This document shows, piece after piece, positions 32,193 through 40,902 of a stretch of 64,000 bases of DNA. Where the stretch lies: the sequence record OU509535.1; one strand, given 5' to 3'. Numbering within the stretch: position 1 is the stretch's first letter; the number at the start of each line of letters is the position of its first letter. The notes below the pieces were generated by a model. The model made no database searches. It was given only the letters and a program-made list of their open reading frames with translations, and had not been told where the DNA came from. The position numbers and the translations under genes were made by a program.

Positions 32193-32680
32193 TGGCTATT
32201 GCACCCAAGAAACCAAAACCAAACGATAACTCAGTAAAATGCATGTTAGGTGCATTGTTATTATCCAAAAGTTTAATACTAATGGAGTATAATAACAAAA
32301 GAGATATTTTAAATGCAAAGTACTACAATTCAAAAGTCTCACAAGAGGTATATCATTTCTGTAAGTACTGTGTTAACAATCCATCAGATATAAGTTATTT
32401 TAATGAAAGTGGTAATTTAAGATATCAAAATCCTGTGTTTGAATTTTATATCGAACATTATGATATGGGGTTCAAATATTCATCACAATCTGATGTTGTG
32501 TACTTTAAAGTTAAAAATAATTGGATGGAATTCAGTACTAACAAATATGACAAAATGTTATTGAGTTCAGTATTTTTTTGTTTATCAGAAAGAGAAAGAA
32601 ATGAAAAAATTCTTTCCAATATACAAAATACAATAGATAGTAAATTGCGTTATCTTGCTATGTATAAGGAGACAAAATGA
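32192..32680 (+). CDS. Hypothetical protein
   Basis: 162 aa coupled ORF. Confidence 0.72.
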   Translation: MAIAPKKPKPNDNSVKCMLGALLLSKSLILMEYNNKRDILNAKYYNSKVSQEVYHFCKYCVNNPSDISYFNESGNLRYQNPVFEFYIEHYDMGFKYSSQSDVVYFKVKNNWMEFSTNKYDKMLLSSVFFCLSERERNEKILSNIQNTIDSKLRYLAMYKETK

Positions 32681-33075
32681 CAATTGATGATATTTACAGT
32701 ACAATAAGGAATTTGGATAAGTACAAAAAAGTTTTTGATTCAATCAACCGTAATATTTTTTACGGTATTGGTACGTATGATATTATACAACTGGAATACG
32801 ATCAGGAAGGGAAAAGTGGTATAAATTTCGTGTGTCCACGTGACAGTGAAAACAATTTCATGTATGTTGAAGTGAACGAAGATGGTATCAAATTTACAAA
32901 AATCTTCAAAGGTGGAATTGATTACGAAGAACTGGATTTGAATGAAGAAGATAGTTTCTTTCAACAAGATACTGTTATAAATCTTGGTTTTTCATTACAA
33001 GAGTACAGAGAAATGCATAAAGATTTTATGCGTTATTACAATGGTTTCCTCAAAGAATTAACGGTACATTTATGA
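32677..33075 (+). CDS. Hypothetical protein
   Basis: 132 aa; GGAG SD and ATGA overlap. Confidence 0.72.
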   Translation: MTIDDIYSTIRNLDKYKKVFDSINRNIFYGIGTYDIIQLEYDQEGKSGINFVCPRDSENNFMYVEVNEDGIKFTKIFKGGIDYEELDLNEEDSFFQQDTVINLGFSLQEYREMHKDFMRYYNGFLKELTVHL

Positions 33076-33536
33076 ATCTCAATACAAGTGAAATGTTCTT
33101 TAACGATGTAAAATCAAAATTTCTAAAAAATGATGGTAGTGGTTTTGATGAAAAAATCAAAGAGGTGGTATTGCGTTGGAAAAATAGTCCAGTACTGAAT
33201 AATATATGCCCTCGATGGTCATGTCAAAGTCATGATTATGATGATTTTAATACTTATTATTACATTATATTCTGTACTCAAAACGATGGTGCGGAATTTC
33301 TGTACAATAAAGTATTGAAAAAGCTAATCGAACTCAGTGCAAAGTACGGTGTGATGGATAATTATTGGGAATACAAGGTAATCCAGTTAATGAACACAAT
33401 TGATAACAATCACACACCCTTTGAACCACACGTAGAAATTGCATGTAGAGTATTTGGGGATTATAATAAAATTTGTATTTTAGAAAAAGTATGGTTAGAA
33501 TTACTAGAAGGTATTGAAAAAGAATATGGGCAATAA
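33072..33536 (+). CDS. Hypothetical protein
   Basis: 154 aa coupled ORF. Confidence 0.72.
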   Translation: MNLNTSEMFFNDVKSKFLKNDGSGFDEKIKEVVLRWKNSPVLNNICPRWSCQSHDYDDFNTYYYIIFCTQNDGAEFLYNKVLKKLIELSAKYGVMDNYWEYKVIQLMNTIDNNHTPFEPHVEIACRVFGDYNKICILEKVWLELLEGIEKEYGQ

Positions 33537-34770
33537 TAATTTTTTAGAACAAAATATAGTTAAACATCTTGCAGGTTCAAATGCATATGGTACTAATACC
33601 CCTGAAAGTGATGTTGATTACAGGGGTATTTTTTTAGCATCAAAAGAATATATCATGACTCCCTTTTATAATGTAAAAGAAGTCACTGATTCTTCAGAAG
33701 AAGATACAAAATTTTATGAATTGAATCAGTACATGAAATTGTATCTGGACGCTAATCCAAACATTCTCGAAAGTTTATGGGTAGATCCATCAGATATCGT
33801 TGATAGTACTGAATTTTATGATTATCTACGCAAACACAATGCTGATTTACTAAGTTCACGAATTGCATTTACTTATACTGGTTATGCTTATAATCAGGTA
33901 ACTCGTATGAAAAATCATCACGGTTGGATGGATAAAGAACGTACAGCAGAAAATAGATTAAATGAAATTATTTCTTTATATCCATATGTTATCACAAAAG
34001 AATGGATGTATGATACGTTTCCAGATTATCTAGTTGAACGCGTATTAAAAGATGTAATCTTATCAAACATGAACATTTCAATTGATTTTGAAAAATTAAT
34101 GCGTGATACTTCATTACAACTGGTTTCTATTGTTCCACTGAAGCAATACCATTTTGTTAAATTGGTGCACAATTACAGTACTGAAAAAGTTCTTGATCGT
34201 GATTTCAATTTACTGAATTACAATAATGGTTATGAATTAATTCACTACGGTGAAAATATTTTTGCTCTTGTAAAAAATAAAAATGAGAGTACAATTAATT
34301 CCGATGGTACGTTGCGTTATTTCAATAAAGAACGTAGTACTGAAGAATTGAAAACTTATCCTGAACTTATTATCAAATTCAATAATAAAGAATGGACTGA
34401 AAATTCTGATAACAGAAAGAACTATCACAAATGGAAGAAAAATCGTAACACTAAACGTTCTATTATGGAAATGCAATCAGGTTATGATCGAAAATTTGCA
34501 ATGCATACTATCAGGTTATTGAACACCGCTGAAGAAGCGTTGGAAAGTGGTATTATTCATGTCAAACGTCCAGATGCACAATTTTTATTGGATATCAGAA
34601 ATGGTAAGTACACCTATGAAGAGATCATGGAAATGTATAATACCAAACAACACAATATCCGAGAAGTTCTGTACAAAAAATCAGTACTACCAAAGAAACC
34701 GAATATCAAATTAGCTACCAAGATTTTACTTGATATTCGTGAAATGCAATTTTATGGCAAAAAATCATAA
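33526..34770 (+). CDS. Pol-beta superfamily nucleotidyltransferase (PF10127/RlaP-like)
   Basis: LAGSNAYGTNTPESDVDYRGIF (GS...DxD), ANPNILESL, and C-terminal GYDRKFAMHTIRLL...S.LP.KP; start probably the ATG at 33526. Confidence 0.8.
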   Translation: MGNNNFLEQNIVKHLAGSNAYGTNTPESDVDYRGIFLASKEYIMTPFYNVKEVTDSSEEDTKFYELNQYMKLYLDANPNILESLWVDPSDIVDSTEFYDYLRKHNADLLSSRIAFTYTGYAYNQVTRMKNHHGWMDKERTAENRLNEIISLYPYVITKEWMYDTFPDYLVERVLKDVILSNMNISIDFEKLMRDTSLQLVSIVPLKQYHFVKLVHNYSTEKVLDRDFNLLNYNNGYELIHYGENIFALVKNKNESTINSDGTLRYFNKERSTEELKTYPELIIKFNNKEWTENSDNRKNYHKWKKNRNTKRSIMEMQSGYDRKFAMHTIRLLNTAEEALESGIIHVKRPDAQFLLDIRNGKYTYEEIMEMYNTKQHNIREVLYKKSVLPKKPNIKLATKILLDIREMQFYGKKS

Positions 34771-34787
34771 TACAAAGAGGTAATTAT

Positions 34788-35252
34788 ATGAGCAACTATT
34801 CAGAATATAAGAAAAAAGAAATCGAATTGAAAGAAATGGTGAAAAACATTGGCGAAGAACTCATTCAAGAAATGTATGAACAGTTCTTTGAAAAGCACCC
34901 AGAAGTTAAATTTGTTAGTACTGTTGGATATATCCCAGGGTTTAACGATGGTGATGCTTGTGAATTCACATCTGATACTGAATTTAGTGGAGATTATGTT
35001 GAAAATCTTAGCGAAGAAAGTTTAGAAGATATGGTCATTGCATTTGGTGGTGAACCAGGTGAAGATGATTTGTTTGATCTTGATACTGCGGAAAATCCAA
35101 ACTGGAATTATCAACAATACAACGCCGCCGGGAAAGATGTGGACGTCGACCTGCTGGAAAAAGTATATGGTTATGATTGGATTGTTGTTGCTTATAAAGG
35201 TATTGATGGAACAGTTTCAATTGTTCAAGAGGATTATGATTGTGGATATTAA
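34788..35252 (+). CDS. Hypothetical protein, paralog A (PGFNDGDACEF...EDYDCGY)
   Basis: 154 aa; GAGG SD; motifs shared with the next gene. Confidence 0.8.
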   Translation: MSNYSEYKKKEIELKEMVKNIGEELIQEMYEQFFEKHPEVKFVSTVGYIPGFNDGDACEFTSDTEFSGDYVENLSEESLEDMVIAFGGEPGEDDLFDLDTAENPNWNYQQYNAAGKDVDVDLLEKVYGYDWIVVAYKGIDGTVSIVQEDYDCGY

Positions 35253-35706
35253 TGCTATTGTTGAAAACATGAATGCAGAAATTGAAGAAGTACGTCAAAA
35301 ATATGTAACTATATTTAATGATGATTTCAATATCGTATTACAAGCTATTAAAGACAAATATCCCGCACTCGAAGTTGTTTACATTCGTGCATGGACACCT
35401 CATTGGAACGACGGCGAAGAATGTAAACACAACATGTCTGTACACGTAGATAACAATGGTAAGTATACTGATATCGAAGAGTTTTTTGAATGTACTGAAC
35501 GTAATTTTGATTGGGATGAAGCACCTGATTGTATTAAGAATGTCAACAAAGGCATAAGTACTAAAATGTCGAAAGAGATTGTCGGTTTATTCGAAGCTTA
35601 TCAGGATTCATTTGAAAGTATTCTAGGCACGAACTGGAAAATGACAATTGATTTTACACAAGAACGACCCATTATGGTTAAAGAAGATTATGAGTGTGGA
35701 TATTAA
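35236..35706 (+). CDS. Hypothetical protein, paralog B (PHWNDGEECKH...EDYECGY)
   Basis: Start at ATG 35236 or GTG 35242, not 35038 as in the track; same NDG and EDYxCGY motifs. Confidence 0.8.
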   Translation: MIVDINAIVENMNAEIEEVRQKYVTIFNDDFNIVLQAIKDKYPALEVVYIRAWTPHWNDGEECKHNMSVHVDNNGKYTDIEEFFECTERNFDWDEAPDCIKNVNKGISTKMSKEIVGLFEAYQDSFESILGTNWKMTIDFTQERPIMVKEDYECGY

Positions 35707-36253
35707 TATCCTTAATCCAGTAGGTAGCATTAGTACTGATCTATTTCAGTTTAATGCTCCTACTGGAGTATTACCTGATTTAGTACTTAAATATGAAAAT
35801 CCAAATAAGGTTCTTGATTTAGCTCATCCAGATTTAGTACCTTTGATTGAACGTATGCTCAAAGAAATTAAGAAATTTGATTCGAGAGATTGTGTTATTG
35901 ATTATAAAGTACGTTCATTGAAAACTGGTGATCCTGGTAGTACTATTCCAGGATTTCATATTGATTGTTGTAATGATATTCATGATGATTTTGAACCAGA
36001 GACTCATTTGATTTATAGTACAGTACAAGGTACAGCATTTGCTGTTAATCAAATCGATGTATCTCGTTATAATTCAGTTCATGAAGTACTTAAAAATGAA
36101 TCTATAACCGAAGTCATTGGTAGTACTGAATCAGTTCATAGATTTACATCTAAGGTATTACACCGATGCCCAATAATCGAACATGATTGTCAACGAATTT
36201 TAATTCGTGTAACATCTGGATTTAAAGATAGATTAAAGAGAAACAGAAAATGA
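35690..36253 (+). CDS. Putative 2OG-Fe(II) oxygenase
   Basis: IDYKV...PGFHIDC (HxD), distal LHR and R.LIRV pattern fit a double-stranded beta-helix oxygenase. Confidence 0.6.
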   Translation: MSVDINILNPVGSISTDLFQFNAPTGVLPDLVLKYENPNKVLDLAHPDLVPLIERMLKEIKKFDSRDCVIDYKVRSLKTGDPGSTIPGFHIDCCNDIHDDFEPETHLIYSTVQGTAFAVNQIDVSRYNSVHEVLKNESITEVIGSTESVHRFTSKVLHRCPIIEHDCQRILIRVTSGFKDRLKRNRK

Positions 36254-36657
36254 ATAAATCAATTAAAGATGCTCTTAATATTCTGGAACGAGAGTATTAT
36301 AAAATCAAAGGTTCAATTGACCAATACAAAGTTAGAGAAGAAATTCTCAATAGAGTAGAGGAAATGAAAAACCGTTCCATTGAAAAGCAAAATATACAAA
36401 ATAATACAACAAAAGAAACAGTATTAAATGCTTTTGTTAAAATTATAGAGGATGCTGGATATTCAGAAACAGATTATGAACTCACAGAAAACATGACTGT
36501 ACTGAATATTAAAGAAAAATTCAATTTGGATACATGGGACTGGTTTGATGTTATGGTTGAAGTATCAGATCTTTTTGATGTACACATTGGTGATGAATTT
36601 TATCTGGATGATGCAGTACTGAAAGATGTTATTGAAGAAATTTTGAAAGATATTTAA
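36250..36657 (+). CDS. Hypothetical protein with an acyl-carrier-protein-like C-terminal domain
   Basis: FNLDTWDWFDVMVEVSDLFDVHIGDE resembles the ACP pattern LGLDSLD.VELVM.LEEEF..EIPDE, with Thr at the Ser position. Confidence 0.45.
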   Translation: MNKSIKDALNILEREYYKIKGSIDQYKVREEILNRVEEMKNRSIEKQNIQNNTTKETVLNAFVKIIEDAGYSETDYELTENMTVLNIKEKFNLDTWDWFDVMVEVSDLFDVHIGDEFYLDDAVLKDVIEEILKDI

Positions 36658-36701
36658 AAATAGACCCTAAATATTCATATATCTTTGAAGGAGATGTGAA
36701 T

Positions 36702-37070
36702 ATGTTAGAGTTTATAATCAAGGTTGTATCCGACAATTATAAACCCATCCTGATTGTATTGGCGATGGGTTTTTGTGTTTTCGGAGGATGGAAAGCAAAT
36801 ACTTATTACACCGGTTATCAATTAAGTATTTCCCAAAAAATTGAGAAAAAAGTAGATGATGCTATTGATAAGCTACAACAAGAAAGTGCAAAAAATTTAG
36901 TTGAAACACAGAAGACAATTAAAGAGAATGCAACTAAAATTGTGGAAACCAAAGTACCAGTTATTATAGAGAAAAAAGTATACCAAAATGTCTGTTTAGA
37001 TGAAGATGGTCTTCAGGTACTAAAAGAATTAAAACTTAATTCAACTGAAGGAAGGAGAAAACTACAATGA
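36702..37070 (+). CDS. Inner-membrane spanin (Rz-like)
   Basis: N-terminal TM segment, coiled-coil periplasmic part, C-terminal VYQNVCLDEDGL; TAAATA at 36668 and AAGGAG SD. Confidence 0.75.
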   Translation: MLEFIIKVVSDNYKPILIVLAMGFCVFGGWKANTYYTGYQLSISQKIEKKVDDAIDKLQQESAKNLVETQKTIKENATKIVETKVPVIIEKKVYQNVCLDEDGLQVLKELKLNSTEGRRKLQ

Positions 37071-37384
37071 AATTTAAATTAAAATATGTTGTACTACTCT
37101 TGGTATTATCTTTAATTGGATGCAATAGTACTGCTCCAGTTGAGATGAAACAACAAGTACAACAGGAAGTACTATTGGAACGCTGTTCAGAAGACACTCC
37201 ATTACCAACACAAAAAACTGTTGACAAAGACGGAAATGTTGGATATGATGGTAAAGAAGTCTTTAGGGTATTACGTGAATGGGATGCAATTTATTTTGAT
37301 TGTGCGAGCCGTTTAGATGCACTCATTACGTATCTACAAAAAACCCAAGATCCTAATTTTAAGGTAACTATAAAGGATAAGTAA
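37067..37384 (+). CDS. Outer-membrane spanin lipoprotein (Rz1-like)
   Basis: Signal peptide with lipobox LIG-C; adjacent to the i-spanin; C...YFDCASR. Confidence 0.78.
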   Translation: MKFKLKYVVLLLVLSLIGCNSTAPVEMKQQVQQEVLLERCSEDTPLPTQKTVDKDGNVGYDGKEVFRVLREWDAIYFDCASRLDALITYLQKTQDPNFKVTIKDK

Positions 37385-37968
37385 TGAATAAGTACAAAGT
37401 ACTAAAAGTATTACCTTTATCATTTTTAAATTCTTTAGATCATACTGATATCAAACTAAAAATAGGACATTTTGGTGGTTCAAAATTTTCATACTATCCA
37501 CAAAAAGTTAAAACATTTTCAAAGAATCACAAATGTGTAGCATGTGGAATTGAAGCCACTGAAGTACGTATTGAATATATGCACGGATGTTCTCATGTAA
37601 TCTATGGCAAACCACACATCAATGTATATGCGGTGCTTGGTAATTATTCAGTACTAATGACAGTTGATCACGATATACTTGCATCCGAAGGCGGAAATGA
37701 TTTAGACAATAATTTTAGTACCATGTGTTCCAAATGTAATAACAAAAGAGGATCAAAGTATAAGACACTCAAATCATTCCTCAAATCAATTGAGGGGCGA
37801 GATCTCTTAAAGGAATACATGTCTGTACCTAAAAAGACAAAAACCAGTCAGAACGCGGCTGAGCAGCGTTTACACGATGAATTTTGGAAATTAGGACATA
37901 ACTGGCATTACAGAGAATATCTTCGTTATCTGAAGGCCAAAAATAAAGCTAAAAAGAAAGGGGCATAA
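37384..37968 (+). CDS. HNH endonuclease
   Basis: CxxC (CVAC), TVDHDILASEGG...MCSKCNNKRG. Confidence 0.85.
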   Translation: MNKYKVLKVLPLSFLNSLDHTDIKLKIGHFGGSKFSYYPQKVKTFSKNHKCVACGIEATEVRIEYMHGCSHVIYGKPHINVYAVLGNYSVLMTVDHDILASEGGNDLDNNFSTMCSKCNNKRGSKYKTLKSFLKSIEGRDLLKEYMSVPKKTKTSQNAAEQRLHDEFWKLGHNWHYREYLRYLKAKNKAKKKGA

Positions 37969-37979
37969 GTTGCCCCTTT
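37957..37979 (+). terminator. Terminator hairpin overlapping the HNH stop
   Basis: AAAGGGGCA-TAAGT-TGCCCCTTT. Confidence 0.7.
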
Positions 37980-38042
37980 ACTTTTATCCAAATTTTGTTT
38001 ATAATATAAAAATCAAAATTTAATAAAAATGAGAAAAGAGTA

Positions 38043-38438
38043 ATGCTCAAAGAGTTTGATTACAGTACTTTAGAAGTTATTTCAGCAGTTAAAAATATCA
38101 ACAATTTAGATGATGAAAAAACAGTACTGATCACGATCACATTTGTAAACAAAGAAGATTCATATAAACATTTATCTGGCATAGAAGAAATGTTGCATAA
38201 ACTTCATTTAGAAGAAAATCGGAAATATATTAAACTACAATGTAGTTATACCCAAAATTTGAACAATTTTTTAATTATAAATAAAACAATTAAGATTAGT
38301 TTCAATGATCCTAAACAAAAATACCGTACTAAATCGTTCAACGAAGATCAGGTTAGTAATGAATTACTAATGGATATTGAATTTATCAATGATTTCTTCG
38401 ATTCATGTGATAATGAATTAAAAAAGGTATACGTGTAA
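38043..38438 (+). CDS. Hypothetical protein
   Basis: 131 aa ORF with phage-typical composition. Confidence 0.7.
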   Translation: MLKEFDYSTLEVISAVKNINNLDDEKTVLITITFVNKEDSYKHLSGIEEMLHKLHLEENRKYIKLQCSYTQNLNNFLIINKTIKISFNDPKQKYRTKSFNEDQVSNELLMDIEFINDFFDSCDNELKKVYV

Positions 38439-38446
38439 AAATATTT

Positions 38447-38476
38447 TTGAACAATTTTAGTACTATGTAATATAAT
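38447..38476 (+). promoter_or_regulatory. Sigma70-type promoter facing a gene-free region
   Basis: TTGAAC-18 nt-TATAAT. Confidence 0.55.
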
Positions 38477-38482
38477 GTAAAT

Positions 38483-39000
38483 AATATCAATTCGAGGACT
38501 GAATTCTGCTGAATATCTATATGTATATGGATATACAAATAAACTTGAACCTATCGAAAACGTAGAGAGGCATTTGAGTGGTTCAGCAGCACGCCTTGCA
38601 GGTAGTACCGGTGATAAAATCCTAAGTGTGAGCTTACAAAGCACAGCCATAATTCCAAAGAGTGCACAGGAGTCATCGCAACACGGCAAGTAAAAGAGAG
38701 CTATAGACATATGCTTTCCATCACTATAATCCTCTGGTGATGATAGATTGAACCTACGGAAAGTATTTTCCATAATTGTTAAGGGAGAATACACCAAAAT
38801 TTTTTCAGGAGAGTTGCGTCTAAATTTTGTTGTATTCAAGTACTGAGATTGGTCAAATAGTCTCAGTATTAAGTGTGTGATATGATACCTACTAAACCAC
38901 ATGACCTCTGCATAAGACTGAGATAGGGAGAAACCGGGCAGACCGCTTCCGTTCTTTATAAAAAAAGAAATTCTCAATTTGACAGTTTCGAAGACTACCA
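38483..39000 (+). ncRNA. Candidate large structured non-coding RNA (unclassified)
   Basis: No plus-strand ORF of 60 aa or more in this interval; several helices of 8-16 bp, some with G:U pairs; upstream promoter; GC higher than the flanks. Confidence 0.45.
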
Positions 39001-39225
39001 TCTTCAAGAAATAAAAAAAAACGTTTTTAAGAACGCGTTCCGTTGCGTTATTTTTTTCTTCCCTCCCTGTGGGGGGGGGATATAAAGTTTCTCTTCCAAA
39101 CCTCTTCAAGAAATAAAAAAGAAAAACAACAATTACCGATTAAAATCAAACAACACAGAACGAAACGAAGTGAAGTGAATGAGTTGTTTGATTTTATGAG
39201 AGATGTGTTGAACGAAGTGAAATAC
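39000..39225. repeat. Repeat/palindrome cluster with G tract (candidate origin-like element)
   Basis: TCTTCAAGAAATAAAAAA twice, AACGAAGTGAA twice, palindromes AAAAACGTTTTT and GAACGCGTTC, and CCCTCCC-TGT-G-run. Confidence 0.5.
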
Positions 39226-39464
39226 ATCTTGACATGGATAAACAATAAGTACTTAATTAATAAAAACAAATAAATCAAGTGCTGAAATAAATTACAAAGG
39301 AATTATATCTAATGAATACTATAAAAAAAGAACCAGATATAATTAAGTACTGAAATTAGTTCTCTTTTTAAATAACCGACTTTAAATTAGCCAAATAAAT
39401 TCATTTAATAAAAAGAAATAAATATTTCTATAAATCCACACCAAAGGACTTATAGGAGAGATTA

Positions 39465-39914
39465 ATGCAAGAACCACAAGACATAAACCAGTTACGAAAT
39501 TTAATGGATTTCATAGTACAATCAGAAGAAGACGAGTCCTATGATCAATTACTGCTTACATTTATTGAAAATAGTTTATTCCTTGAATCAGCAGCACACA
39601 ACTGGCATTTACAAAGCAAACACTACACAAAGCACTTACAATTAGATGAGTTATACAAAGAACTACCGGAGTTCATTGATGCATTTATTGAAGGAATTAT
39701 GGAATCAAGAGGGCCATTGGTAATTGGTACTGGAAATAACTACCAATTCACTGAAATAAGTACTTGTATTCCTACTTTAGAAGAGTATCTAAATCAATGT
39801 GAAGCAATTCACCAGATGCTTGAATCTAATGAGGACTATGGAAGTACTAATACTCTTGAAGACATAATGAGTTTCATTGATGGAGTTCTTTATAAGTTAA
39901 AACACTTACAATAA
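39465..39914 (+). CDS. Ferritin/Dps-like protein
   Basis: AHNWHL...HLQLDELY...D.FIE...E.H...DI...L ferritin-type helix pattern; TAAATA at 39419 and GGAG SD. Confidence 0.75.
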   Translation: MQEPQDINQLRNLMDFIVQSEEDESYDQLLLTFIENSLFLESAAHNWHLQSKHYTKHLQLDELYKELPEFIDAFIEGIMESRGPLVIGTGNNYQFTEISTCIPTLEEYLNQCEAIHQMLESNEDYGSTNTLEDIMSFIDGVLYKLKHLQ

Positions 39915-39919
39915 TACAT

Positions 39920-39945
39920 GGAGAGTCAACTGACTCTCCTTTCTT
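39920..39945 (+). terminator. Terminator
   Basis: GGAGAGTC-AACT-GACTCTCC followed by a U-rich tract. Confidence 0.75.
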
Positions 39946-39961
39946 TTTGGATAAAAATAAT

Positions 39962-40351
39962 ATGAAAATACGAATTCATGAACACACTACTTATAATTAT
40001 TGTGAAGATTGTGGTCTAGAATCTTCATTGATATATTCTGTATCTGGTGATGGAATCTCATTTAAACAGGGAGACCATGCATATTGTTATGGAACTGAAT
40101 CTGGTGATATAGAAAATGTTCTAAAAGAACTATTTTTACGCTTGCAATCCAAGGGAATTGATGCTAGACTACCGGTGATGATAGATAATGACATTGATTC
40201 AGTACTGAATTATGAATCTTTTATCCACTCGGGTTATGTTCATTATCTAAACACATTAGGTGTGAATGTGAAACTAACATACAGTACTGAAGACTATCCA
40301 GATATGGATGGTGGTGATTATATTGATATTGAGGATGATTATGAAAGCTAA
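39962..40351 (+). CDS. Hypothetical protein
   Basis: Probable start MKIRIHEH; Cys/His-containing N-terminus. Confidence 0.65.
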   Translation: MKIRIHEHTTYNYCEDCGLESSLIYSVSGDGISFKQGDHAYCYGTESGDIENVLKELFLRLQSKGIDARLPVMIDNDIDSVLNYESFIHSGYVHYLNTLGVNVKLTYSTEDYPDMDGGDYIDIEDDYES

Positions 40352-40901
40352 AGAACTTGCAGAATTACTAATGAAAAATCCAGAACAAGAAGTATATCTG
40401 GAAGAAACACATTTTGATGATTGGGACTGTTCTGTATTTTATACACCATCTGAAGTTGTAGATGTTCAAATTACTCCAAGTGGAGTTTTTATTAAACACA
40501 ATCCTATGCATAGTCAGGATACAACTTCATTAAAGATGCCAAGTACTGAACCAGTTGTTGGTTCACTCAACGTGTTGTTAAATTGCCCAATTGGTGATCT
40601 ACGATATTTCAGTAATGATACATCCAATCACGTTCAATCATTTGTTGAAGAATTATTGAATTATGGTTCAATTAGTGATTATGTTTCATTTATGGATGCA
40701 CACATTCGTTTTGTGTTACAACAAACTGACGTTGATTACAGTACAGAAGATGGTTATTTTATAGGTCCAGATGATTGTACTTATGAAGTACTAACAAGTT
40801 ATGATCCAAACACTTGGGAACCTTTTTATACTGAAATGACCTACCAAGAAGTTTTTGATTATGCACACAAAAACTTTGAAATTAAGAAATACGAGGAATA
40901 A
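40341..40901 (+). CDS. Hypothetical protein
   Basis: Probable start MKAKELAELL after GAGG. Confidence 0.7.
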   Translation: MKAKELAELLMKNPEQEVYLEETHFDDWDCSVFYTPSEVVDVQITPSGVFIKHNPMHSQDTTSLKMPSTEPVVGSLNVLLNCPIGDLRYFSNDTSNHVQSFVEELLNYGSISDYVSFMDAHIRFVLQQTDVDYSTEDGYFIGPDDCTYEVLTSYDPNTWEPFYTEMTYQEVFDYAHKNFEIKKYEE

Positions 40902-40902
40902 A

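Noticed and set aside
35038-35235. N-terminal extension of the 222 aa ORF, and similar extensions at 13763, 24238, 54104, 59524 and 60637
   Set aside because: They overlap upstream genes or terminators; downstream starts have proper SD sequences and match paralog N-termini.
37384-39000. HNH gene plus nearby structured RNA as an IscB/HEARO-like RNA-guided nuclease
   Set aside because: The HNH protein is only 194 aa, with no RuvC or PLMP motifs, and is separated from the RNA candidate by a terminator and another gene.
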